Source: Candidatus Uabimicrobium amorphum
Lineage (GTDB): Bacteria > Planctomycetota > Uabimicrobiia > Uabimicrobiales > Uabimicrobiaceae
DNA length: 40,000 nucleotides
NCBI RefSeq assembly: GCF_009002475.1
Contig: NZ_AP019860.1
Coordinates: forward strand, 7,769,547-7,809,546
Reading direction: 5' to 3'
The translations under genes were made by a program, and so were the position numbers. Shown piece by piece: positions 17,701 to 27,271 of this stretch (the stretch's first letter is position 1; every line of letters starts with the position of its first letter). Under the pieces are notes generated by a model. It ran no database searches. It was not told the origin of the DNA and saw nothing but the letters and a program-made list of their open reading frames with translations.

Positions 17701-20229
17701 AATGTTTTCAGTTACAATATGTACTAGCATTGTATCTGATAGTAATTCCCGCCCAACACGTCCAACTTTTTGCTGTATACTAGAAGGGTCACTCATTGCT
17801 TTAAAAGTGATTCCTTCTTGGACTAAATCCAAATCTACACCTACTTCAAGGCGTGGGGAACCAATTAGAAAAGCACTATTCTCTATTGCGTTGTGTTCAA
17901 AATGTATATCACGAAATATTACATTAGCTGTTTCTGAAAAGATATCATTAATACTATCTAACGTTAGAGCATTAAAATTTGTGCGCGAGGTGAATGATCG
18001 CAGACGAATAGAATTAATAAAGTTATATAGAGGCTGATGGTTACGTGTAGTTGGTTGCTTTAAACCATTGAGAGGGGAATTATTGTTCAGAGGCTGAGGA
18101 GTGTTGCTTCCAGCATGGTCCATTGACCACCACCAACACAAACCACATTTAAAAAAAGGGCATTTATCAAGATTGGAAAGTGTTTTAGATTGCGCTGATT
18201 CATGGAGAGGTTGAAACCATTGGGCTGTAAGAAACTCATCCCTAACACCTAAACGTGAGAGATAACTATTAGCGTTTTGTGGAGAGAAATCCCACAATTC
18301 TTGAATTTTGCAAAGCTGCCTTTGAGAAACATCATCAGGTTCACGATCAATGGTTGTTTTTATTCCCTGTTTACATTTTTTGCATAGGTCACCATAGTGG
18401 CTTCTTAATTTTTGTTGCCACCGAGAAGGGTTTTGCCGAAAAGAGAGGTGATGTATAACACGCCACAAAGGCTCCTGGAATCGGATAAAATAAGGATAAT
18501 TACCTTGAGGGTTAGCCTGTTGAAACATCTTTATTGACTTACTTTTTTCATTGTCAGCAACTAAATCCGCCCAACGACCAATTCCATCTAAAGAATCACA
18601 AAAACCAAGCGTTTTGTGAATATGAGATGATAAGCGCGCTTTCAAAATATTGGAAGTTTGTACAGGATTACCCAAATCACTTAGAGCAATTGGTTGATCA
18701 GATAATAGTTGGTAATATTCGCGAAATAGACCATTACGTCGATTGTGTATTAAGCAAGAAGTTGCGTTTACTAATGCTGTTATACTACTAACCTCTGGAC
18801 GTTGCTGTAAAAACACATGATGAACCCAGCCGGTTTCCTCCATGTTTTTTGCACTCAGCTCGAGAACGCGATTGGGAGCACATCCTAAAACTCTAGACGT
18901 ATGACGACAAGGTTCAGCAATTGTGGCACTTGCTCCAATGTAATAAGGAAGTTGAATATTTTTTTTATTTTCTAATAAATCCTTAAAACAGCTTTTAGGG
19001 TTCTGCTTTCTAGATTTACATATTGCCCGCATGAGCATTATACGTTTTAGCAACATTTTGGTATGCGAACCATAAATTCCATTGAGAAGATGAATCTCAT
19101 CTAAAATGACTAAATCTAGATCTTGTGCTAATCCTTGACATGCCTCAGGATGAACTAAACGATTGGCCAGTGTATCCATATTGGAAATAAGCATCGGGAA
19201 ATTACCATTGTATGCATCACGAATAGCTCGAAAGTTTGCTCCTTTGGTATCATCATCGTAACTCATTTGCTGTTTTAGCTGCCCTCCGGCATCCAATATT
19301 GGCTGAGGGATTGATGCACCAGATAATTTATTCACTTCTTCTATCAAACTAAACAAATCGCGAAATTGATTAGCAGCAAGGACTACTCTGGGATACAATA
19401 ATAATACCTTAATACCTTTTTCTTTTCTGATAACATTATAGGCTACATGGATAAGTGCTCCAACTTGAAAAGCAAATGTTTTACCTGATCCTACGCCAGC
19501 AGTAATGACATGTGCATCTTGTTTGCTACGATATGAATTACAATATAATCCACATAGTGTTGCTAAAATTGAGTGTACCTGGAAAGTAGCTAAGCAAGTA
19601 TGTTTTCCGCCTAAAAAATTTGCTAACGCGCGGAGGACAAAATTAACAGCTTGGGAAAGAATAGCTTGGTCTATTTCTGAATTAATACGATGTTTATTCA
19701 GTTCTCCTGCTTTGATTTCTGATTGCCATTTTTGCGAAACATCCAGAATTTTAATGTCTCTTTTGGGCCGTAACTGTGCTTGTCTCTTGTAACGCAAAAC
19801 ACCGGTACTTGGGGCCATATCAAATCGTTGATAATTGCTAGATAACAGACGTATAACTTCAGCGACTCGAGAGCGGTAAATTAAAGACACACCTTTTTCA
19901 TAAACAGCGACCTGTTCATATGGAGAATTAGTGCTGTTTCGACAATCATTCTCCTCTTTTTTTAGATTTTTTTCACTTCCATAACAATCTAATCCTTGTA
20001 ACTCAATATCTTCATATTTGAAGTTATTATGACTTGTATGAGGAACTTGTAAAACTTTTCGTGCTTTCCAAAGTTTCTTCAATTGTTCTAATACCCATTC
20101 CTCACCATGATCTTGGAGATCATGTGGTAATCGTTTTGTAATTTCTTCAGCAGTTATCCAAAAATCAAAAACACCTCTTTCTAGAAAATCGCGCTCTATT
20201 TCATATAAGATCTTTAAAATTTCGTCCAT
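14719..20229 (-). CDS. dpdJ: Giant SF2 DExH helicase with Cys-cluster insertions, DpdJ-like
   Basis: TAGVGSGKTFAF (motif I), LVILDEIHLL (II), IGASATI (III), VGRVGRE (VI). Cys clusters CKKCKQ and KCPFFKCGLC sit between the two RecA-like lobes. The C-terminal GFCISGCISC cluster is reminiscent of the DUF1998/MrfA Zn-binding domain. The symbol is assigned from domain content plus its position before the PLD gene. Confidence 0.6.
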   Translation of the reverse strand: MDEILKILYEIERDFLERGVFDFWITAEEITKRLPHDLQDHGEEWVLEQLKKLWKARKVLQVPHTSHNNFKYEDIELQGLDCYGSEKNLKKEENDCRNSTNSPYEQVAVYEKGVSLIYRSRVAEVIRLLSSNYQRFDMAPSTGVLRYKRQAQLRPKRDIKILDVSQKWQSEIKAGELNKHRINSEIDQAILSQAVNFVLRALANFLGGKHTCLATFQVHSILATLCGLYCNSYRSKQDAHVITAGVGSGKTFAFQVGALIHVAYNVIRKEKGIKVLLLYPRVVLAANQFRDLFSLIEEVNKLSGASIPQPILDAGGQLKQQMSYDDDTKGANFRAIRDAYNGNFPMLISNMDTLANRLVHPEACQGLAQDLDLVILDEIHLLNGIYGSHTKMLLKRIMLMRAICKSRKQNPKSCFKDLLENKKNIQLPYYIGASATIAEPCRHTSRVLGCAPNRVLELSAKNMEETGWVHHVFLQQRPEVSSITALVNATSCLIHNRRNGLFREYYQLLSDQPIALSDLGNPVQTSNILKARLSSHIHKTLGFCDSLDGIGRWADLVADNEKSKSIKMFQQANPQGNYPYFIRFQEPLWRVIHHLSFRQNPSRWQQKLRSHYGDLCKKCKQGIKTTIDREPDDVSQRQLCKIQELWDFSPQNANSYLSRLGVRDEFLTAQWFQPLHESAQSKTLSNLDKCPFFKCGLCWWWSMDHAGSNTPQPLNNNSPLNGLKQPTTRNHQPLYNFINSIRLRSFTSRTNFNALTLDSINDIFSETANVIFRDIHFEHNAIENSAFLIGSPRLEVGVDLDLVQEGITFKAMSDPSSIQQKVGRVGRELLSDTMLVHIVTENIRDQYYFRNPQIALDPDYLQPIPFHEDNRIIACHHFFMAIIDFLCLQNDGPNNSRIQNDGHRINLINDHQYDRSFSRWDKKVEAVYNFLFGNHPCKEENLKNLKIYLTDLGAKTHEISNPTEVSELTSADAPLARKVGVIDVFQHEFGPNFFLTPLPIQGNPTLAEICASKYEPPTRNLPGSLGRHERFLQTYDKVPPGQTPNASLHRSYLWNLLSSVIFRRGVPEKNIPSNQPYLWPPNLFEASGNETVRVFEMVNGQQRELGYETVSLAISLLLPGTITYRYSSSPRKVPVSQLAAQGFPNAVIPRVQGVYLCVDNAEYFEPTVCSNLLPQDLPPGFVGTGEITVYTPRQIGVITSSSEPLVQISDGMLADGDSRDRVSGDNNGIISVPTPPRCYPLKWYRINKGKKASVIPDRFSYFQKYASKKLPSIPQPLTTSLFYNISFEPNLKITEFAWGLERQFMSRTVNASRLVYRGLESDGSHPPIAIGHEYQAPGIVFQLDTGVNSKIGMFINEIHQHSNSVVYQSLIIQVLHAFLTENACDPPAADAPPWLANQSRPSVFTVRNLRTIILFHLMVRWHPSDSEEKKASEPFSLIFDEVVGCFTEEHPNFLDRRIFREICNIIARIHEPNNVQAHCDSLMSTYGNFEQACSNINLLTNDFFKEKSLDILINSLGMTIHSAALRLTGAEAQELSYFYRILEEDKVDIYLFDTDAFGNGASELVRDHFLITAIERVLTSKLSALENTPDPLPTMDFTHCFEEALHECESSHATHIAFHNLGIEDWFKDLETAVRGEKQIAGKIFEFFRNEFGMKSFDHILPFQYCPEFIAYVSSEYSCYQNARLVGSEFYPVYQSLESAMGFCISGCISCILSPEQNIHGSLNAQETVNKLVLDALYRYLICSSEEPETRLRYPGTEMAHTILWEDLGQVVASCMGQTLPNFPQIELDLPDMSCNGNQHLVIIPTSVPAGWERVFRRSWDATFLLKPWIRPHMDF

Positions 20230-20238
20230 TTTCGCCCC

Positions 20239-20937
20239 CTATTTTCTAGTGACCAAGTAAGCCTTTGCTCGCTCATCCTTTTGAAGCCAATTGATAATTT
20301 TTGGTTCATTAAGTACCTTGTGTAAGGAAATACCACCTTTACGAATACTTGTTATAAACTTTTGTACTTCTTCGTCTAACTTTTCCCATTTTTCGCAAAT
20401 GTCACTAAGTTCGTTTTTTACTTCTTGCAATGTATTTACATCTTCAATATCAGCAGGTAATTTGTTTACCTGTTCGAGTAAAGTATCATATAATTGCTTT
20501 ACTTTTGGCTGATTTTCTTCTGGATCTTCCAGGACTTCTTCCACTAAAGTTTTTATATTTTTTGGTAAATCTATGTATGAACGCCAATTTTTTTGTAACG
20601 TTGTTTCTATTTCTCCTAGAGTATTTTTGAATTCTTGAGAGTTAAAGCCCTTGTGCTCCAGGATAACACTGGAGATGTTAGCATTTTCTAAAATCTTGCT
20701 AATTTGCTTACGTCTTTGTTTTAGTTTGCGTTTATTGATGTCTAATTCACAATAACTAGATAGAATAGAATAGTGATGTACAAGTTTATGCGCTTGAAGG
20801 TTTATTGCATCTATCTCTTTAAAACGTTTTTTTAATTTTTCTATCTCTTCGCTAACTTCTCTATGATTTTGATACAATTTAACTTTATTTTTAAAATCTT
20901 TAGCAATATCTACTATGTTTGGCCTTGTATCTGACAT
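20239..20937 (-). CDS. dpdI: Coiled-coil hypothetical protein in the DpdI position
   Basis: 232 aa, K/E-rich heptad-like sequence, GGAGGA SD. The symbol comes from gene order only. Confidence 0.35.
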   Translation of the reverse strand: MSDTRPNIVDIAKDFKNKVKLYQNHREVSEEIEKLKKRFKEIDAINLQAHKLVHHYSILSSYCELDINKRKLKQRRKQISKILENANISSVILEHKGFNSQEFKNTLGEIETTLQKNWRSYIDLPKNIKTLVEEVLEDPEENQPKVKQLYDTLLEQVNKLPADIEDVNTLQEVKNELSDICEKWEKLDEEVQKFITSIRKGGISLHKVLNEPKIINWLQKDERAKAYLVTRK

Positions 20938-20940
20938 AAT

Positions 20941-23928
20941 CTATTCCTCCAATTTTTCAAGGTCTTCATCTAGTTCTTGGAGCTTTTGGCTTATCTTTTT
21001 TTTCCATACAATAGGGTCTTCAATTCCCTCATCATCTAAATTTTGTTGTAAGTTTTTTATACCATCCTTTAATATTTGCTCAGAACTATTTAAAATATCT
21101 AAACTTTCTTTCATAATTGTATAGTCTAATGAAACAATTGCTTGTATGCGCTGTATGAGGGAATTACCTCTAATAACTTTGCGAGCTAATTGAATTTGTT
21201 TATCAACTTGTTCCAAAATTTTTAAACGTTTTGATATTTCAATAACTTTTGGATTACTAAAAATATCAGCTTCAATGCCCAGATTTAGAGCTTCACTCAA
21301 CTCTTCGCTAATAGATTTTATAGAAAGTGTTCCAGTATATTCTAATGTTTGATCTAGCCATTTTTGACATCTTTCTACTTCTTCTTCTATAGCTTTATCA
21401 AAATATTTTTCAACTTGTTTAGCGAATGTTATCAAATTACCGTATGTCCTTTTGTACCAGTCTTTAGATTGTTCTGGTAATTTGTAAGGTTGTATTCTTT
21501 GTAATGAAGCATCTAACTCTTGTAGGATAGGAGAAACATCTATCATTTTTGTTTCTTTAGATTTACCTTTACGACAGGTTAAAACATCAAAAATACATTC
21601 CTCAATTATCTTTTCTCCATACTGCTCATATGCTTTAAGAAGACCTTTCCAAGAAGCAGAGCGCAGATCGTCGAATACTATACTTTCTTTAGGCGTTTTT
21701 GAAATGTTTAATAGTAAATCTTGGGAGACAGGTTCTGATGGCCATTTTTGACGAAGTAGGACTCCAAGAGATAGTAATCGGGTCGTTATTTCGAGAGGTT
21801 TGTGTTTTCCAGATGTTTTTGCTAATTTGCGTATTTTGTGATGTACTTCACTTGTACATCTATCCACGAAATCAAAAATAAAGACTAAATTTTTATGATC
21901 TTTTCCGAAACCATTAACCAATCCTCTAATAGCCAGAGCATTTTTTGGGGAAGCATCTATTTCTAGTCTTATATCACCTCCTTTAGTTTTGGTATGCTGT
22001 CCATCAAAGTGGATGTTTGAGCGTTGAAAGAATTGATAAAAAAACCAGCCATAAGTGTCTGAATCCCAATCATATGATGAACATATAGCCTCATATACTG
22101 CTTTTCGCCAAATGTTAATATCTTTATCTTCAACAGATTTTTTATTTACCCAATTATCAAAAATATCAACTGAGGTATTTATATTTATACCAACATTTTC
22201 AGTTATTTTTGGCGTAGTATGAACATCTGGAGTTATTTCAATTTTAGAGAGCTTTGGAAAATCAAAGGCTTGTATTATGCCTGAAGGTAAAGATGGTTTT
22301 GTTGGGTTTTTGGAGTATATTTCTAAAGCAGTTCTTATTTTGTCAGCTGTTTTTTCTCCATATTTTTCATAAAGTTCTTGTTGTATGTTAACCCCCACAG
22401 AACTTAGTTTAAACCACTCTAGCATCCTCGGACTAGGAAAATTTTTATATTCTAAGTTACTTTCGCCATCTTCTAATACTCTATTAATTATACGGCTAAT
22501 GAGTTTACGAGGATTAAACGCTTGAGGCTCATTAGAGGGACTTTTTGTATAGTCAATATATAAACGAACGATGGATTCAGGGGTAAACGGATATAAACCC
22601 CTACCATTTACTTCTCCAAAAGTCTTATGGCATAACGAGATATTAGGACATTTTACTTGATCGCAAAAACTGGGATAATCTCCATAACTTTTTGTTGTTA
22701 GAAAATTCTCCATTTCTTCAATACTGTATCTTGAAGCATTTAAGTAACGTGAAGCAAAATCAACTAATTCATCTTGACCAAAAGAGCCATTTTTGTTTTT
22801 TTCACCGATTGTCAAATCAAAATTTACAGTAATATCTATTCTTCCTTTGATGTTTTCGCGAAGTCTAGCAAAATCGTCATTGGTTAACCCAATTATACTT
22901 CGTAGAATACATAAATCAGCTCCAGCGTCTTCTGTTGAAATGAGTAACGACTCTATTAACTCAGCGTCTACTCCTTGAGTTATCGAAAGGTCCTCAAGGA
23001 AAAGAAGTAATTGTTTGTTTTCGTTTTTTAACGCCCTACGAATTTCAGATAATGCTCTTAGCAAATTACCATGTCTAAGACCTAACAAATTTGCTAATGC
23101 TTTTGATGTCGCTTGATTTAGAATTTGCGCTGACAAAGAAGATAAATCAGAATCTGTGAGCAGTGTGGCTGCAAGTTCTCCAGCTTTTTCCCCAGCTTTT
23201 TCTGCTGTAGATGCATCTACTATTACATCTTCAACTTTCCATTTTAATTCTTCTTCATCATCAGGACGTTTTTCACGTTCAGTTGCCGAAATATGACGTG
23301 CTAGTCGAACAACAATACCGTTATCTTTATCTTCCATTAATTTTTGGCGTATACTATCTGAGCGAAGAAAAGCAGGCATAGATTCTAAGATAATTTCATG
23401 CTCTTCATCGTTTGGAAAAGAGAGGTTAGATGTAGTTATATTTTCGGGTTCAAGTACAAACGCTAATTCATCAAGAATTTTTGTCATAGCACCTCTAATA
23501 CTAATATTATTAGTCCATTGAATTTCTTTTCGAATACGATCGATTTCTTCCCCTTCAAAGTCTCGTAAAATACAGTACAGAACATCTGCCAGATTAGCAC
23601 AATCGCGGGGGATTAGAACAGAGTGATATATTGCTTCTCGGGTGCTATTATACATCCAGCGAATCAAATGGGATTTTCCTGTTCCTGAGTCGCCGACTGC
23701 AGCACAAAATCTATGCTCACAACGTTGATCCAAGAAATCTTTCAGAAGTTGTTGTTCATCATAACGCATCGAGCTGTTTGTTTCGTAATTCAGTATCCTT
23801 ATTGGACTAGGAAAATGCGTAGCCTGAAAGACGGCTTTGTTAACACGTAATGCGACTGTATTCATCACTTTGGGACGATCGTTTGTATTCCAACAGATTA
23901 CATTAGGAAATTTAGGTGGCACTTTCAT
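20941..23928 (-). CDS. dpdH: Large P-loop NTPase in the DpdH position
   Basis: Walker A AVGDSGTGKSHLIRW (nt ~23681-23710). Candidate Walker B LLLFLEDLS. 995 aa. The symbol comes from gene order and size only. Confidence 0.4.
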   Translation of the reverse strand: MKVPPKFPNVICWNTNDRPKVMNTVALRVNKAVFQATHFPSPIRILNYETNSSMRYDEQQLLKDFLDQRCEHRFCAAVGDSGTGKSHLIRWMYNSTREAIYHSVLIPRDCANLADVLYCILRDFEGEEIDRIRKEIQWTNNISIRGAMTKILDELAFVLEPENITTSNLSFPNDEEHEIILESMPAFLRSDSIRQKLMEDKDNGIVVRLARHISATEREKRPDDEEELKWKVEDVIVDASTAEKAGEKAGELAATLLTDSDLSSLSAQILNQATSKALANLLGLRHGNLLRALSEIRRALKNENKQLLLFLEDLSITQGVDAELIESLLISTEDAGADLCILRSIIGLTNDDFARLRENIKGRIDITVNFDLTIGEKNKNGSFGQDELVDFASRYLNASRYSIEEMENFLTTKSYGDYPSFCDQVKCPNISLCHKTFGEVNGRGLYPFTPESIVRLYIDYTKSPSNEPQAFNPRKLISRIINRVLEDGESNLEYKNFPSPRMLEWFKLSSVGVNIQQELYEKYGEKTADKIRTALEIYSKNPTKPSLPSGIIQAFDFPKLSKIEITPDVHTTPKITENVGININTSVDIFDNWVNKKSVEDKDINIWRKAVYEAICSSYDWDSDTYGWFFYQFFQRSNIHFDGQHTKTKGGDIRLEIDASPKNALAIRGLVNGFGKDHKNLVFIFDFVDRCTSEVHHKIRKLAKTSGKHKPLEITTRLLSLGVLLRQKWPSEPVSQDLLLNISKTPKESIVFDDLRSASWKGLLKAYEQYGEKIIEECIFDVLTCRKGKSKETKMIDVSPILQELDASLQRIQPYKLPEQSKDWYKRTYGNLITFAKQVEKYFDKAIEEEVERCQKWLDQTLEYTGTLSIKSISEELSEALNLGIEADIFSNPKVIEISKRLKILEQVDKQIQLARKVIRGNSLIQRIQAIVSLDYTIMKESLDILNSSEQILKDGIKNLQQNLDDEGIEDPIVWKKKISQKLQELDEDLEKLEE

Positions 23929-23930
23929 AG

Positions 23931-24773
23931 TTAGACCTTTCCAAGTTTCACAAAAGCTATTTTTTCTCCAAAACTAGTTCGCAAAAATTTTCTTTGGTCA
24001 TCGGGACACCAATACTCTATTTTTTTCTGCAGTTTCAAACGTTCTAAACCAAAAGAAGTTGCTTCGCAAAGCTTGTCATCTGGCCACTCATTTTCCATAT
24101 TATTCAATACCGTTTTTCGAACTTCCCCACCATCAAGGACGGGACATAATTTTCCCAAGCGTTTACGAAATTTATGAGCGGTTACTTCTTCATCTCTATT
24201 TACTAGTTTATCTATGTGTCTTGTAAAAAAAAGAGTTGGGTCTAGAAATACACCTTTTATTCCCTCATCTTTTATCTTTTTTATAAGTCCAAGATATTTC
24301 ATCCAGTAAATGATCATATCCCATCGTTGATCGTTACGAAGACCAAAATCGGAGATATCAAAGCCTTGTTTATTAAAAGTGTTTTTAAATTCGTCATAAC
24401 TTTGTGGTAGTTCTAAAACAGGTTGTGCCAGTATCCACGCGCAAATTTGAGCAAACAAATTAGTTGTTCCTCCAACCTCTGGAGATAAAGCTCTGGAAGC
24501 CATTGTAATTGGAAATGTTTTGTCGATATTATCTGTATCCTGACACAATTCATCAGATAATTTATATAGAATTCCATCTTTTTCTACCAAGCCGCATTCC
24601 TCGCAAGCTGATAAAGTCCGAGTAACTTGTATAGGGGTTTTATCTTGGGTTTGAGCAGTGGGATAGAGCAGTGCCACTATTTCGTTTTTTGGCAGAGGAC
24701 TCGATATTTTTAATAGCTTTATCACCGCTAGCATACGGCTAGGAACAGGTTCCGGTTGTTTGTATATTTTCAT
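23931..24773 (-). CDS. dpdG: Winged-helix-containing hypothetical protein in the DpdG position
   Basis: ATGA start/stop overlap with the upstream helicase gene (24770-24773), so I start at Met16 of the track ORF (MKIYKQPEP). The N-terminal segment NEIVALL...VTRTLSACEECGLVEKDGILYKLSDEL looks like a wHTH. The symbol comes from order only. Confidence 0.4.
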   Translation of the reverse strand: MKIYKQPEPVPSRMLAVIKLLKISSPLPKNEIVALLYPTAQTQDKTPIQVTRTLSACEECGLVEKDGILYKLSDELCQDTDNIDKTFPITMASRALSPEVGGTTNLFAQICAWILAQPVLELPQSYDEFKNTFNKQGFDISDFGLRNDQRWDMIIYWMKYLGLIKKIKDEGIKGVFLDPTLFFTRHIDKLVNRDEEVTAHKFRKRLGKLCPVLDGGEVRKTVLNNMENEWPDDKLCEATSFGLERLKLQKKIEYWCPDDQRKFLRTSFGEKIAFVKLGKV

Positions 24774-27271
24774 TCTAGATACTCTTCCTCCCAAGATTGA
24801 AGTTGAATAGACGGGCATGGTAGTACATCGTAAACATATCGATTAGGATGATCTGGTGCTTGTGTGTTTATCGGAATAATTAAAATGGTTGTAGTTGGTA
24901 AAGAGTCCTGTATTATTTCCCATGTTTTTGGCCACCATGTTGTTGGTGATTGATCAAGAACAAAAACTGTTGGTTGATTTTTTGTAATATCACAAGGGAC
25001 ATCTTGGTGTAGAAAAAATAATCGAGAGCGGTCGTTATAAGGAGTTTTCCACAAACGTTTTTCTAAATTCTCAAACGATACTATATTTTTTACCCCTTGA
25101 TCAATTAACCACAACACTAAATCTTGTATTGCGTTTAGAAGTTTATCACCTTTGATGGTTGAAGGATAATACACACATCCAAGCTTGTCTGTTTTCAATA
25201 GTTTTTGTAAGTCTTTCCCTACTGTTTTTTGAGAAAATGTTATTTTTGGGGTACGACGAGGTAGTATTTTCCCACAAAAAGGCCGTTGGGATTTTTCTCT
25301 ACAGTGAAAACAGCCTCCACAGGCTCGTACAATGGGAATTTGATATCGATTACTTTTATAACATTCTTCAAAAAGACTCGAAATGCAACAAGACATATCG
25401 AAATTCAACATTTTTGCTAAAAGCTCTTTTTGTTTCGCATAGTGTTGATTTAGATCATTTCTAAAAGGAACAATTCTCTCGTCCCATAATTTGAGCTGAG
25501 TATGACCAAGTGTTGATAATCGAACATTCGCAAAATTTCTAGTGTTTTCTTTTGTTGGATGTTCAATGTTTATTATTTCTGCCCGGTCCATTAGAAGTAA
25601 GGTTCGCAAATTCCAAAGTCTATTTTGTTCGCTTTTCATATCTAGTTCTGGAGCAGAGTTTAAAGAGACGCAATAAATGGATTCTGCTTTATCAACTACT
25701 TTTTTGCTATTGAACATAGCATTCCATCTCTTTCTTCCCTTTTCTCCGCCAATAAACGTTGGTGCTGAGAGAGAATCAACAATTTCCCAATCGTCAAGTG
25801 TCCAAATAAGTAAAGACAAACATGGATTACCGTTTCGACCACCACGACCTACATCTTGATAAAAACGATCTAATGATTCTGGCAACTCAGCATGAATAAC
25901 AACCCTAACATCTGCTTTGTCAACCCCTAAGCCAAAAGCAGATGTAGCAATTATGATATCAACATCATTTTCTTTCCATCTTTGTAGCTGCTTCTGGTAT
26001 TCTCGCGGTGTTATATCACCATGTATCATTGAAACTCGCTGGAATCCGTTATTTATAATTATGTTGTTCCACTCAATACAAGAACTTTTTAAAGTGGTAT
26101 ATAAGATTAGAGGACGTGGTAAATGGTGAATAGCTTCTAATATCCAATCTATTCGTTGTTTTTTTGTTGGTGCTTGAGCCTGCCAGTATATTGGTTCTGG
26201 CCTTAATCGCGTCGCATGTACAATGGTTAGGTTTTCATTTTCTGAAAACATTTTTTCTAACGACTCTAAATGATACTGTGTTAAAGTCGCAGACATCAAA
26301 ACTGTAACAAAGGGGGTCTTTGTTTGACTTAGTAACTTTCGTCTAGCTGAAGACATTTGTTGAAAAGATGGACGAAATTCATCTCCCCAGTTTAAAATCA
26401 TATGAGCCTCATCAACTACAACATGACGAATATGACCATTTTTGGCACTTTTAAGTAAAGTAGAAAATAGAGAACCTACAAAAACTTCTGGAGAAACAAT
26501 TAAAGGACCCTGTGTACCGCTTTCACATCTCATTCGAATTCCTAAAGCATTCTCTCTTTCTTCTGGGCGATAAGCGACCCTATGACCAACAATATTCTCA
26601 ATCTTAGCTGCCAAATCCAAAGCAAGAGAAATTGTTGGTACAACAATAGGGGTGACACCCATTAACTCGGATTCTACAGACGGATATAGTATTGCCGGGA
26701 TAAATGCACATACGCTTTTTCCACTACCTGTTGGAAGAATTAATACGAGCGTTTGGCCAGGTGGTGCGCAAAGTACAGAGCGCACGGCTTCTCTTTGGGC
26801 ATTAGACCGATACCTTTGAAAATTTAAAAATTTTAAAAACGGATCCCCTGCACATTCAGTTTTTGAATGACAATTTTCATCTATAAATAATCTACTTTCT
26901 AATGATTCTTTGTTTGCATGTGGTAACCATTGAGGATACCATTCAAAAGATCTTATACAAGTATTTGCAGAAGAGGTTTGTCTAACATCTAAAGACGCCA
27001 ATTTATACTCTTCTTGCAAAATAGAAGTACAAAGATTTTTGGGGATTTTTAAACTTGCTAATTTTGAATTATTAATTTTTTCGTATTGGATAACAGAGCG
27101 AAACAAAACCATTAAGTCTTTTCCTCTGTAATTATTATCATTCAAGGCTTTTAATAAACGCCAATGAGGTGTGTTTTGCCAGTCAGAGGAGGTATTTGCC
27201 AAGCCTTTTATCGGACATGACCATGAATTTTGAAGTTCTTGTAAATAATTTATCACTATATTTTTTTCCAA
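24770..27271 (-). CDS. dpdF: RecQ-like DEAH helicase, DpdF-like
   Basis: LPTGSGKSVCAF, VVVDEAHMILNWGDEFRPSF, LMSATLT, ATSAFGLGVDKADVRVVIHAELPESLDRFYQDVGRGGRNG, later CGGCFHC. The track start is TTG (27269-27271). GTG at 27254-27256, overlapping the upstream TAG, is an alternative. Confidence 0.65.
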   Translation of the reverse strand: MEKNIVINYLQELQNSWSCPIKGLANTSSDWQNTPHWRLLKALNDNNYRGKDLMVLFRSVIQYEKINNSKLASLKIPKNLCTSILQEEYKLASLDVRQTSSANTCIRSFEWYPQWLPHANKESLESRLFIDENCHSKTECAGDPFLKFLNFQRYRSNAQREAVRSVLCAPPGQTLVLILPTGSGKSVCAFIPAILYPSVESELMGVTPIVVPTISLALDLAAKIENIVGHRVAYRPEERENALGIRMRCESGTQGPLIVSPEVFVGSLFSTLLKSAKNGHIRHVVVDEAHMILNWGDEFRPSFQQMSSARRKLLSQTKTPFVTVLMSATLTQYHLESLEKMFSENENLTIVHATRLRPEPIYWQAQAPTKKQRIDWILEAIHHLPRPLILYTTLKSSCIEWNNIIINNGFQRVSMIHGDITPREYQKQLQRWKENDVDIIIATSAFGLGVDKADVRVVIHAELPESLDRFYQDVGRGGRNGNPCLSLLIWTLDDWEIVDSLSAPTFIGGEKGRKRWNAMFNSKKVVDKAESIYCVSLNSAPELDMKSEQNRLWNLRTLLLMDRAEIINIEHPTKENTRNFANVRLSTLGHTQLKLWDERIVPFRNDLNQHYAKQKELLAKMLNFDMSCCISSLFEECYKSNRYQIPIVRACGGCFHCREKSQRPFCGKILPRRTPKITFSQKTVGKDLQKLLKTDKLGCVYYPSTIKGDKLLNAIQDLVLWLIDQGVKNIVSFENLEKRLWKTPYNDRSRLFFLHQDVPCDITKNQPTVFVLDQSPTTWWPKTWEIIQDSLPTTTILIIPINTQAPDHPNRYVYDVLPCPSIQLQSWEEEYLE

